Positions 30,283 through 39,367 of a stretch of 43,366 nt of DNA are shown here, in pieces. Source of the DNA: Nitrospira sp. (GTDB lineage Bacteria; Nitrospirota; Nitrospiria; Nitrospirales; Nitrospiraceae). The position numbers and the translations under genes were made by a program. The notes under the pieces are model-generated. The model saw nothing but the letters and a program-made list of their open reading frames with translations. It was not told the DNA's origin and made no database searches. The DNA lies in contig DAONAB010000001.1 of NCBI GenBank assembly GCA_035400805.1, forward strand, positions 1-43,366, written 5' to 3'. How positions within the stretch are numbered: position 1 is the first letter of the stretch; each line of letters begins with the position of its first letter.

Positions 30283-33200
30283 TTACCTCAAGGACCGCCT
30301 CCACCGGGGCAAATCAAGCACCGGGGCGGCTGGCTTGTCAGAGGGGATTATTGGTTGATCGTCCTCTGCGACGCCCATGGCGTCGATGTCGTTGGGGCCA
30401 ATTTCCCAAGCCTGTCGGACGTGCAACTCCCGCTTGACGATGCAATCTTTCATCTTCAGGTCTGGTGCGGCAGTTCTATCTGGCAGAATCGCGTGCGCCA
30501 GGACGTAGAATCCGATCTTCTTGTAGCTGGCCAGGAAAGTGTTCAGGTTGACGTCAGTGGATGGCTCCATTGTATGCAGGCGAGATATCATCACGTACCT
30601 GACTCCCTCCCGGAACGCGTCTTTCGTGGGATTCGTGCCGATTACCACGCGATAGGAGAGCGGACGCTTCCGGTTGATGCCACGGACTATTGTGAGCCGG
30701 AGGCGCTCGTCCTTGTCATGCTGACCGAGCTCTTTCCGCCACTCCGCAAAGATCTCGCCCGCGGCGAGCTGGTCCTTGAACAGCAAGGCTATTATCGGGG
30801 GCTCTCCGTCCATGGCGGTTAGAAAGTACCCAGTGCCCGACCAGCCGACGCGATCCCAGAGCCGCTCGCGGATCAAAGAGACCGTTTCCATCTGGGTGTG
30901 CTTTACGCCGCCGGGCTCGGTGAGCAAACCTGGAGGGCGGCCTCCTGTTTCTTTGGCGGGGATTGCCCGGGCGGCGGACCCCTGAGCAGCTCTTGCCCGC
31001 CGCTCATCTGCATCCCACTCCTCGTCTCGTTTGGGGGTGTAACACCGCACCTGCGGGTCGGACCACATATCAATGTTTGTCTTAGGGGTGTACCCCAAGA
31101 CGTTTCCGGTCGTCACCAGGCTAGTTGTGAAGTCAATGGCGCGTTCGAGGGCTGCTTCGTCTTGGAAGAGATCGCGGACCAGCTTCTTGACGTCCGTTAT
31201 CAGGAAGACCCTGGTGAGGACGTGAACGAGCAGATCAAACAGCCTCTTCTTTGCTTCGGACTGCGCCTCCCGTGTCATTTGGTGGGGATTGAAGCCGCTG
31301 CAGGAGACCGTGATATGTGGTCTGCCCCCGTTATCTGTAGCCTCGAACTTGAATGGGCCGTCAACGAAATCGGACTTTCGGATTCTGAGGGTCAGGACCG
31401 GTTCACGAGCATACAGGTGATGATCGTCGCCCGTGGCAAGAAAGCCCTCCAGCGCGGCTAGGATGCACTCGGCAACTTCAACGCAGGGCGAGATATTGTC
31501 GCTTTCGGCCTCAATTTTGCATCCGAGAATGCTCGATTTCAGTTGCACCTTCTGCCCTTCACACAGACTGGGCGCCGCCGGCAGTTGCTCCGCGGCTGGC
31601 TGGTCTCGCCAGAGCGCAATGAACTGACGGAGCTTTTCGCGAGCCCCGGGTTTCTCAAGGTCTTCGGGTAGTTCATCCTCGTAACCAAGAGCGAATTTCA
31701 ATGCGCATGAGGACATGAACAGGCGCAGCTTCGCCAGGACGTCGGGGATTCGGGATAGTTGTTTGAGCTGCCACAAATCGGCTTTGAGGAGCAGGATTCC
31801 TACGATTACATCAAACTCCGTCTCCCCGGCAGGGGCCTTCTTTTGGGGGGATGCGCCCTGGGCCAGCACGCCTCTCACAGCGGTTTCGACCTCATGCCAG
31901 GCAAGCGTGTGCGGCAAACGCCCCAGCTGCAACTCCAACCATTTCATCTTCTTGAAGCAAATGGCTTGGAATGGTGTGACTTTGGTCTGAGCGTGGAATT
32001 CGCTCGTGGCGATCGAGGCAGCCACGAGCATGGTTCCGCGCGCAGCCCACAAAAGGCCAACCTGTTCGTAAGCGCTGCCACAGAGGTATAGGGCCTCGAT
32101 GAGCTCGTTCCGGCTCTCGTCTTTGTAAAGCGAGTGGAGCGCGCGACCAATGGTCCGGATCGCCTCGCAGGGCCTCTCCACGTCGAGTTGTTGCGCGGCC
32201 CGTTTTAGGAGCAGTTGCGCGGCAGCGAGTTCCCCAGAACGCTTGTGGTTGAGCTTGACGATGGTTTCAAAGAGTTTGTCGTAGGCTGGACGACCTTCGA
32301 GCAGGGACCCGACCTCAGTCAGGATTTGCACTAATGGCTCAAGCGGAAACCCAACCAAGCCCTCGCAGTTGCGAATCAGTTTTTCAAATTGGGTTAGGAT
32401 TCCGTCAACGTCCGGCAGGCGGTGCATGAGCTGGACGGTAAGAGCCAGCGCTTCTGCTTGCAGGGCAGTACTGGGGCGGCCTTGCTCCTTCGCCAAGCGC
32501 TCCAGCTCTGCGGTTAAGGTGAGGTACCGCTCATCCATGTGCGCCTCCTCCGTGGTCAACTGCTGGAAGCGCACCGCGCCGCAAAGGCAGAACCAAAGGT
32601 TGGAGAGGAGCTCCAAGTCATACGCATTCAGGGTGCCTTTTGCGAGCTTCTCCACCTCAGAATATTGTCTCGGCAATTCCCGGTAATCTTCAAACCACCA
32701 GTACGTGGCCCACGCCCATTGGTATGCGGCGTTCAACTGTTGGTGGTCAGAGCCGTGTTCCTTTGCGGCACGCTGGGCTCGTTGAAACCGGCCATCCACA
32801 TCGGTTCTGGGCAGGTCAAGGCTGCGGGCCAATTCCGCCGCCTCGATGCAATCGGCGACATGCTGTATGCCAAACTGGCCCTGGGTGGCGGCGGTGTTGA
32901 TCCGGGCTTCCAGCTCGTCGAGTTTCTCCCGGCGCTGGAGATCCAGGGGACCCTGCTTGAGCTGTGGCCGGAGCGAAGTGGCGAGGTGCAACTCCTCGAT
33001 CACGATGTCCTCAAGTTTATCTTGAAAGACACGGTCCAGAATCCAGGACCGGTCGAATATGCGAATATCCAGCTTGTGCTTTTTCCGGAGTGAATCCTCC
33101 TCGCTGGCCCTTTCCTTGTCGCGGATGAACTGATTCGTAACAAAGAATGCCTTTTTGTATCCTCTCTTTGTCGCGGCGATTTTCGCGATATCAGAGCGGA

Positions 33201-33603
33201 GTTTATCCTGCCAGTCCTTCTTGGCGCTGAAGGCGAAGGCCCACCGCTCGGCGGCGGCCTTTCGAGCATTGCCAACGTGCCAGACGAGAGACAAATCGTC
33301 GGAGACAGGATAGGTTTCAGAGTCCACCTTGCTGTCCCCGCCACCGGTGGGTCCGGTTTGCGGCAACAAGTTGGGGCATACTGTGCGCTCGATCAGCCTC
33401 TTTGCCAGCCGCTCAAAATCCGTCTCCTGTTTCCGATTCGTGAGAGAATCCAGGTGATACTCCAATAGTGAACGATCCAAGGCCGCAGTTCGTATCTCGA
33501 CGGAATCGGAAAACTTCTCCGGTCGCCTTGCCTGAAGAAGTTTCCGCGGCGAAAAAAAGTCCTCGCCGGGAAGCCCTTCGGCTTGATCTCGTGGCTCGCT
33601 CAT
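30283..33603 (-). CDS. putative Mrr-like PD-(D/E)XK nuclease with TPR-like helical region (1106 aa)
   Basis: N-terminal FERLAKRL...QTGPTGGGDSKVD...WAFAFSAKKDW...FFVTNQ...IRIFDRSWI resembles an Mrr-type REase domain, followed by a long Ala/Leu-rich helical region; ATG 33603 overlaps the upstream stop (ATGA). Confidence 0.7.
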   Translation of the reverse strand: MSEPRDQAEGLPGEDFFSPRKLLQARRPEKFSDSVEIRTAALDRSLLEYHLDSLTNRKQETDFERLAKRLIERTVCPNLLPQTGPTGGGDSKVDSETYPVSDDLSLVWHVGNARKAAAERWAFAFSAKKDWQDKLRSDIAKIAATKRGYKKAFFVTNQFIRDKERASEEDSLRKKHKLDIRIFDRSWILDRVFQDKLEDIVIEELHLATSLRPQLKQGPLDLQRREKLDELEARINTAATQGQFGIQHVADCIEAAELARSLDLPRTDVDGRFQRAQRAAKEHGSDHQQLNAAYQWAWATYWWFEDYRELPRQYSEVEKLAKGTLNAYDLELLSNLWFCLCGAVRFQQLTTEEAHMDERYLTLTAELERLAKEQGRPSTALQAEALALTVQLMHRLPDVDGILTQFEKLIRNCEGLVGFPLEPLVQILTEVGSLLEGRPAYDKLFETIVKLNHKRSGELAAAQLLLKRAAQQLDVERPCEAIRTIGRALHSLYKDESRNELIEALYLCGSAYEQVGLLWAARGTMLVAASIATSEFHAQTKVTPFQAICFKKMKWLELQLGRLPHTLAWHEVETAVRGVLAQGASPQKKAPAGETEFDVIVGILLLKADLWQLKQLSRIPDVLAKLRLFMSSCALKFALGYEDELPEDLEKPGAREKLRQFIALWRDQPAAEQLPAAPSLCEGQKVQLKSSILGCKIEAESDNISPCVEVAECILAALEGFLATGDDHHLYAREPVLTLRIRKSDFVDGPFKFEATDNGGRPHITVSCSGFNPHQMTREAQSEAKKRLFDLLVHVLTRVFLITDVKKLVRDLFQDEAALERAIDFTTSLVTTGNVLGYTPKTNIDMWSDPQVRCYTPKRDEEWDADERRARAAQGSAARAIPAKETGGRPPGLLTEPGGVKHTQMETVSLIRERLWDRVGWSGTGYFLTAMDGEPPIIALLFKDQLAAGEIFAEWRKELGQHDKDERLRLTIVRGINRKRPLSYRVVIGTNPTKDAFREGVRYVMISRLHTMEPSTDVNLNTFLASYKKIGFYVLAHAILPDRTAAPDLKMKDCIVKRELHVRQAWEIGPNDIDAMGVAEDDQPIIPSDKPAAPVLDLPRWRRSLR

Positions 33604-36600
33604 TCCGTCTCGGCCTCCTTGATAATGTCCCCGATGTTCAGCGTGAAGCTTTGCCGCGTCCGGAACGCTAGTCGAACCGGGTCCTGCACCCGGTAGAGCC
33701 TCGGTTCGGTCGCACAATCGGTGACGACGTAGAGCCAGTACTTGTCCCGCACGTTCGCCGCCGTTGGCCATTCGTTTTCCGTCAGATGCACTACCCCCCG
33801 TCCAGACCGCCCTTTGACCTCAATGACGATCTTCTCACCGTTGGTCCGGTGGCTCTCCAGATCGTAGCCGCGCGCCAGGTGCGGAGCTGACACGTCGAAC
33901 ACCCTGGCCCGGTGCCGGTCCACCTCGTAGTTGACGGCAATTCGCATGGCGATGGCCTCGATGTTCTTGTCGTAGCCTTCCACCGCCTCCGGGCTTTGGT
34001 CCGGGATGACCAGTGCCACGGCGATGCGATCGAGGGTTATGATGTCCAGCAGGTCCCCGCGGCGATGCTCATAGAGTAGGGCCTCCGCCTTGTCCTGTTC
34101 AATCCGGCCTTGCTCGCGCTTGATCAGGTCCAGTTGCTGTGCCGCCTGGGCGTCACCGTCCCGTGCCCGGTGACTCAATTCCACGCGCCGCTCCGCCATT
34201 TCGCCGGCAGAGAAGTCAAAACCGCGCTGCAGATCTTCCACCCGCGCCAAAGACTCTGCCCGCACCGCCGCCCGGGCCTGCTGCAAGAAACTCGTTTCTG
34301 CCACCATCCGGGCGTGCGCGTCGGCCCGTTGGACTTGCTCGATGGGAGCCTGGAGCAAGGCCCCAGCTTTCCACGCCAGCGCTGGCGGCGCGCCCACCAG
34401 CGCCAGCAAGTGGTTCGGGGCGCAGGGCGCAAATTCGCCGCTCCCGTCCCAGCGCAGGCCCAGGAGTCGCCGCTCCATCAGGCGCGGCTTCGTGTCGCCA
34501 GAGCGAAGCGAACGCTCGCCCAACTGGCAGACATAGGCCGCCGCGAAATAGGGGCGCTCCGCCGCCGGATCGAGGAAGAACCCTCCTCGCCGGGCATCGA
34601 CGGCAAACCGGCGAATGGTCTCATCGCAGAAGGCGTCGAACAGGGGTTCTCCCGGTCGCAGGAAGGCCGTGGGCGCCGCGCCGTTGCCCGGGCCTTCGTC
34701 GCGCCGCACCGACACGTAGGGCGGCAGGCCACCCCGCCAGTGGCTCGCCAGAGGTTCGATCCATGTGGAGCCACTCGAACGGTTCAGCCGCGCCCGATCG
34801 TTTAAGTCCCCTTCGATTTCGAAGCCTAGCCGGGGCGCAGCCTTCTCAACGAAATTTTGGACGTAAGCCGGCAGCAGCCGGTTGAAACGCTCGACCTCAA
34901 TCTCCGTGTTGAGCTGGCCCAACCGCTTCGCCACGTCGCCAAAAGCCGAGGCCTGGCGGCGCTGTTCCTCGACCGCCGCACGGAGCCGTTGCGTGGCGAA
35001 CAAGGAATCAAGCTGCTTCTGCGCCGAGTAGGGCGCCGTCTCGAACAGCGCGTCGCGGAGCAGGTCACGGATCGAAAGCTCCTGGAGTTGCTGCCCCACG
35101 ACATCGAACACTTTGTCCGTGCAAAGCTCCCGCCGCGCTTCATCCAGCTTGGCGAGCAGCGTCGCCAGCACATCGCCTTCACGGGTCTTCACCGCCACGA
35201 AGTTGAAGATGCGCACCTCGTCATGGCGCTGGCCGAAGCGGTGGAGTCGTCCCATCCGCTGTTCCAGACGCGCCGGATTCCACGGCACATCGAAGTTCAC
35301 CATCAGCCAGGCGAACTGCAAGTTGATGCCTTCACCCGCCGCGTCCGTCGCCACCATGATCCGGGCGCTGGGCGCGTCCGGATTCGGAAGATTCTGCCGC
35401 CGTCGCTCGGCGGGCGGCATGAAGAAAATCCGCTGACGCTCCCGTTCCTCGACATCCATGCCGCCGTGAATCGCGGCGATCTCTCCAGTGTAGCCAAGGG
35501 CCTCGAAGCGTTGCTGCAAATGCTCCAGCGTGTCCCGGTGCTCCGTGAAAACCAGCAGCCGTTCGTGCTGGAACTCCGCCGAGTCCACCAGCTCCCGCAG
35601 CTTGAGGAACTTCGTCTCGCATTGTTTTGCGAGAATCGCCTCCCCCTGGCCGATGGTAGCGTCCAGGTACCGCAGCTCGGTCTCCAGTTGTTTCTCGGTC
35701 TGCGGCTGGGCCAGCGCCATCGCCTGTTCTTCAACCCGCTCCTGGCTCTCGGTGCCGGCTTCCGTCGGCTCCGATTCATCCGCTGTCGCCGTGTCCAGCA
35801 ACTCCAGCAAACGCTCGGGATTCGGCAGGCTCTCCGCTGGCCCATCATTCACGATCCGCTCCCGCCGGCGCTTCAACGACTGAACCATCGCATACGTGGA
35901 ACTGGCCAGCCGTCGCTGCAGCACCGCCACCACCATCGCCGCCGCGTTGCGGTTTAAGGATCGGTTCGTCTCGAAGCTCCAGCGCAGATAGTCCGAGGAT
36001 TCCTCGTAGAAGTCCTGCTCCGGTTTGGACAGCTCAAACTTCACTGTCTGACACAGCCGCGGCTTGTAGATCGGCTGCCCGCTGTAATCAATCATCTCCT
36101 CCTTTAGCCGTCGGATGAAAAAGGCCCGTCGTTTCTCCTGGGCCACCGCCCCCAACGCCTCCAGCGTCGAGAAGATTTTCGAGTCCAGCAAACGCCAAAG
36201 CGCAAAGTAGGGAAACGGCTTGCCCATGTGCGGCGTGGCCGTCAACAGAAGCAGGTGCGTGGACTTCGCCAGCGTCTCGGCCAGCCGATACCGCCGGGTC
36301 TTGGTGTCCAGCCTCCGACTGTCCGTCCAGGAGAGCTTGTGGGCTTCATCGAAGACGACCAGGTCGAAGCCGCCGCCGCTCGCACTCTGCAACCGTTCGC
36401 GAATCGCTTCGGTCGCCACGGTATCCACGCTGATGATGAAGAGCCCGTGCTCGTCCAGGAGAGGATCGCCGGTTTGAAAGTCCTGGCCGCGCAGAATGCG
36501 AAACTCCAGGTCGAAGAAGTTCCGCAGTTCACGTTGCCAGTTCCAAGTCAGGCCGGCCGGGCAACAGATCAGAGCCCGCCGCAACCGGCCACGGTTGATC

Positions 36601-37052
36601 ATTTCGCGGATGTAGAGGCCGGTCATCACGGTTTTGCCGGCACCGGCATCGTCGGCCAGGAGAAACCGCAGCGGATTCTGGGGCAGCATGTGTTCATAGA
36701 CTGCGACCCGCTGGTGCGGCAGAGGGACGACGCGCGAAAGCTCAAGGCCGTAGGCCTTATTGAATTGGTGCCCGTTGCGGAGCCGGTGGGCATCCACCAC
36801 CAGCTTGATGGCTTCTGGCTCGCCTTCGAAGTTGAGGCTCGGGGCCACTTCCTCCAGCACGAGCTGCTTCGCCGCGCCGCTTACGCCCCCAGTCAGCATC
36901 GCCTGCATTTGGGCGATCCGCCCCTTCTGGGGTTTGGCCTTCTCATTCTCCCAGCGGTTTACCGTGGCGAACGAAACCCCCAAGCGCTCGGCAAAAGCCT
37001 CCTGTGACAGCCCAAGCTGTTTCCTCAAGTTTTTTACCTGTTCGCCCGTCAC
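33600..37052 (-). CDS. XRE-HTH / SNF2 helicase / DUF3883 nuclease-like fusion
   Basis: LRKQLGLSQEAFAERLGVSFATVNRWENEK (HTH); PLPHQ, LLADDAGAGKT, FDEAHK, LTATPH, DAAGEGINLQ, WNPARLEQRMGRLHRFGQ; C-terminal GYDLES...IEVKGRS...LTENEW...YWLYVV. GTG 37052 is the likely start (track gives 37103). Confidence 0.92.
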   Translation of the reverse strand: MTGEQVKNLRKQLGLSQEAFAERLGVSFATVNRWENEKAKPQKGRIAQMQAMLTGGVSGAAKQLVLEEVAPSLNFEGEPEAIKLVVDAHRLRNGHQFNKAYGLELSRVVPLPHQRVAVYEHMLPQNPLRFLLADDAGAGKTVMTGLYIREMINRGRLRRALICCPAGLTWNWQRELRNFFDLEFRILRGQDFQTGDPLLDEHGLFIISVDTVATEAIRERLQSASGGGFDLVVFDEAHKLSWTDSRRLDTKTRRYRLAETLAKSTHLLLLTATPHMGKPFPYFALWRLLDSKIFSTLEALGAVAQEKRRAFFIRRLKEEMIDYSGQPIYKPRLCQTVKFELSKPEQDFYEESSDYLRWSFETNRSLNRNAAAMVVAVLQRRLASSTYAMVQSLKRRRERIVNDGPAESLPNPERLLELLDTATADESEPTEAGTESQERVEEQAMALAQPQTEKQLETELRYLDATIGQGEAILAKQCETKFLKLRELVDSAEFQHERLLVFTEHRDTLEHLQQRFEALGYTGEIAAIHGGMDVEERERQRIFFMPPAERRRQNLPNPDAPSARIMVATDAAGEGINLQFAWLMVNFDVPWNPARLEQRMGRLHRFGQRHDEVRIFNFVAVKTREGDVLATLLAKLDEARRELCTDKVFDVVGQQLQELSIRDLLRDALFETAPYSAQKQLDSLFATQRLRAAVEEQRRQASAFGDVAKRLGQLNTEIEVERFNRLLPAYVQNFVEKAAPRLGFEIEGDLNDRARLNRSSGSTWIEPLASHWRGGLPPYVSVRRDEGPGNGAAPTAFLRPGEPLFDAFCDETIRRFAVDARRGGFFLDPAAERPYFAAAYVCQLGERSLRSGDTKPRLMERRLLGLRWDGSGEFAPCAPNHLLALVGAPPALAWKAGALLQAPIEQVQRADAHARMVAETSFLQQARAAVRAESLARVEDLQRGFDFSAGEMAERRVELSHRARDGDAQAAQQLDLIKREQGRIEQDKAEALLYEHRRGDLLDIITLDRIAVALVIPDQSPEAVEGYDKNIEAIAMRIAVNYEVDRHRARVFDVSAPHLARGYDLESHRTNGEKIVIEVKGRSGRGVVHLTENEWPTAANVRDKYWLYVVTDCATEPRLYRVQDPVRLAFRTRQSFTLNIGDIIKEAETE

Positions 37053-37062
37053 GATCTGGAAC

Positions 37063-37109
37063 TTGACATATATCTCGGTAAATGTCAATCTGCCATATAA
37101 CAAATGTCA
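37063..37109. promoter_or_regulatory. AT-rich operator/promoter region: TTGACAT-N12-ATGTCAA plus a third ATGTCA half-site
   Basis: TTGACAT 37063-37069, ATGTCAA 37082-37088, ATGTCA 37104-37109; directly upstream of the HTH-bearing gene, in the divergent intergenic region. Confidence 0.6.
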
Positions 37110-37278
37110 TACCAGACAAAATCCGAAGCGCGAGAGGATGTGGCGACCCCGGATCAGCGCATTGCACTAGCGCCCTGGCATGAGGGGTCTTGGAGGCACC
37201 ACGGCGAATGGATCGTCGGTTCACGGTCCGCGGCAGAGAAGGGGAAAAAACTCTCGATCTGAACTACACAAGGCGTTT

Positions 37279-38376
37279 ATGGCTGGCGCACTCGGAAAGA
37301 TGAGCACGGGTGTTTTCAAGGTGCTCTCCATCGACGGTGGCGGGATCAAAGGTGTCTACACCGCAACGATGTTGCGAGTGCTCGAACATGCCCTCGCAAA
37401 AACGTCAGGTCACCCGCGGCTGGGGGATTACTTCGACCTGATCTGCGGCACGTCAACCGGAGCTCTGATTGCCTTAGGGCTGGCGGCCGGTCGCACATGC
37501 GACGAGATCGCCGACACCTACCTCAAGAAAGGTCCGAAGATCTTCAGCGATCAATGCAGACTCTCTCAAGCGTTCTACAGCGTGCGGCAACTCCTGTTCT
37601 CCGCGCGCTATCGGTCCAAGGACCTGCGTCAGGCGGTCATAGATCTCTTGGGTGAACGAACTTTCTCAGAAGCTAACAACTACCTGCTTGTCCCCGTCAC
37701 TAACCTCGGAAACTACACTCCCCGCATTTTTAAGACCAGGCATTCACGGATTTACTACGACGGAGACTCGCGTATGGTCGATATAGCCCTGGCTTCTGCG
37801 GCAGCTCCGACATACTTCCCCATCGTACCGGCGCCGGACGCAAGAAACGGACTCTATGCAGACGGTGGCCTCGTCGCAAACAATCCAGCCCTCCTAGGCG
37901 CGTTCGAGGCACTCAGGATCTTCGTGGGTCCAGCAAGCGAGCGAAACGAGTTCAACGAGTTGGCTCTGCTGTCGCTCGGCTCCTATGGTTCTCCCCAGGG
38001 GTTCCGAAGGCGCTGGTTCTCCCACGGAACAAGACTGAATCGATCAACTCTTGGTTGGGCAGTTCCTCAGGCGAACAACATTCCGCTTCTGAATGTCCTG
38101 ATGGATGGGCAGACGGCGCTTGCCGAGCGCGCCGTGACGATATTCAAGGAATTCACGCCCGCGTTTGTCCACTACTGCCGGGTCGACGCAATGCGATGCA
38201 AGAGCCGGGCGACACCGGATAGCGAGCTCTTGTCCTTTAACCTGGCTGATGCCCGCCCGCACAAGTTGAAACAACTCGAGGGGTACGGGATGATGGACGG
38301 GCAATCGGCAGCTACTGATCCTGCTGTTCGTTACTTTTTCGAAACCGTTCGCAGACCGATTACACTCCACAACTAA
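37279..38376 (+). CDS. capV: CBASS patatin-like phospholipase effector
   Basis: VLSIDGGGIKG, FDLICGTSTG (GxSxG), ASAAAPTYF, ADGGLVANNP; immediately upstream of the CD-NTase. Start could be 37279, 37300 or 37180. Confidence 0.9.
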   Translation: MAGALGKMSTGVFKVLSIDGGGIKGVYTATMLRVLEHALAKTSGHPRLGDYFDLICGTSTGALIALGLAAGRTCDEIADTYLKKGPKIFSDQCRLSQAFYSVRQLLFSARYRSKDLRQAVIDLLGERTFSEANNYLLVPVTNLGNYTPRIFKTRHSRIYYDGDSRMVDIALASAAAPTYFPIVPAPDARNGLYADGGLVANNPALLGAFEALRIFVGPASERNEFNELALLSLGSYGSPQGFRRRWFSHGTRLNRSTLGWAVPQANNIPLLNVLMDGQTALAERAVTIFKEFTPAFVHYCRVDAMRCKSRATPDSELLSFNLADARPHKLKQLEGYGMMDGQSAATDPAVRYFFETVRRPITLHN

Positions 38377-38386
38377 AGGAATTGAT

Positions 38387-39367
38387 ATGGCCGACTGTCA
38401 TCCATCGTTCATCGATTACCTGGGCGCTCTGAACCTGACCGACACCCAAGAGGGAAAACTTCGCACGTCCCGCGATGCCCTCTTGACACGCATCAGCAGC
38501 CGCTTCAAGGACGAGGGAAGAGGGGTCCCCGAATACGAGTCGCAGGGGTCATACGCCATCAACACCCAAAACCGGCCGATCTCGGACGACTTCGACCTTG
38601 ATCACGGGGTCTATTTGGTTCACTGGGGCGATAACGAGCCTGTCGCGGTGGACGAGGCCTTCCGCTTAGTTAGCGAGGCGGTCCAGGGCCAGACCACCAT
38701 CCCGCTACCGCATAAGGATACCTGCGTCCGTGTTCAGTATAAGGCCGCTGCCGACGGCACGCCCGCCCACCATATCGACCTTGCCATTTACCGCAAGAAG
38801 ACGGACGGATCCCGGCTTTATGCGCATCGGGTGAGCGGCTGGCAACCGAGCGACCAAAAGGGCTTCATCAGTCACTATAAGGCGAAATCGAATGATCAAA
38901 TCAGGGCGCTAGTGCGCCTGTTCAAGGGCTGGTCGGATTACCAGGGAACCAAGGGCGGCGAGAAAATGCCCAGCGGATTCCACTTCACAGTTTGCATTTT
39001 GGACTGTTCGGCGCTTTCGCCGGACCGCCACGATCGCGCATTCGTCCTCACGGCCGAGGGAATACGCGACCGGCTCTCTGCGTATCGCTCCGGCACTGGC
39101 AACCCCGTCCGGCGCCCCGTCATACCCAAAGACAACATCTTCGAGAATTACAGTCCGGGACGCCTCGACCACCTAATCAAGAAGCTGAACGAGATATCCA
39201 TCCAAGGACGGAGGGCGCTGAACGAAGGTGATCCAGGCGCAGCACAGCGAATCTGGCGCGATCTCTTTGGTGATCGGTTCCAGGCTCCAGAGCCCAGCGA
39301 CCTGTCTGAGGCAAAGAAACCTTGGTCGGCGCCTGCGGTCATCGGGACGTCCGGCAAGGCGGCATAA
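38387..39367 (+). CDS. CBASS CD-NTase (cGAS/DncV-like cyclic oligonucleotide synthase)
   Basis: SQGSYAINT, DFDLDHGVY (DxD), KDTCVRVQY, HIDLAIY, VRLFKGW, WRDLFGDRF; AAGGA RBS; C-terminal tail GTSGKAA. Confidence 0.92.
   Translation: MADCHPSFIDYLGALNLTDTQEGKLRTSRDALLTRISSRFKDEGRGVPEYESQGSYAINTQNRPISDDFDLDHGVYLVHWGDNEPVAVDEAFRLVSEAVQGQTTIPLPHKDTCVRVQYKAAADGTPAHHIDLAIYRKKTDGSRLYAHRVSGWQPSDQKGFISHYKAKSNDQIRALVRLFKGWSDYQGTKGGEKMPSGFHFTVCILDCSALSPDRHDRAFVLTAEGIRDRLSAYRSGTGNPVRRPVIPKDNIFENYSPGRLDHLIKKLNEISIQGRRALNEGDPGAAQRIWRDLFGDRFQAPEPSDLSEAKKPWSAPAVIGTSGKAA

Noticed and set aside
33604-33771. Track N-terminal extensions of several genes (starts 33771, 30304, 20572, 39322, 40671, 41416)
   Set aside because: They overlap upstream genes; internal starts with an RBS or stop-start coupling fit better.
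22604-37007. Many plus-strand ORFs of 200-440 aa (e.g. 25738..26727, 27539..28852, 34857..35957)
   Set aside because: Lie opposite well-supported genes and have shadow-frame composition.
9401-37052. Calling the operon BREX or DISARM
   Set aside because: No PglZ, BrxL, DrmA/DrmB or PLD gene recognised; the ATPase and methylase are of DUF499/DUF1156 type.
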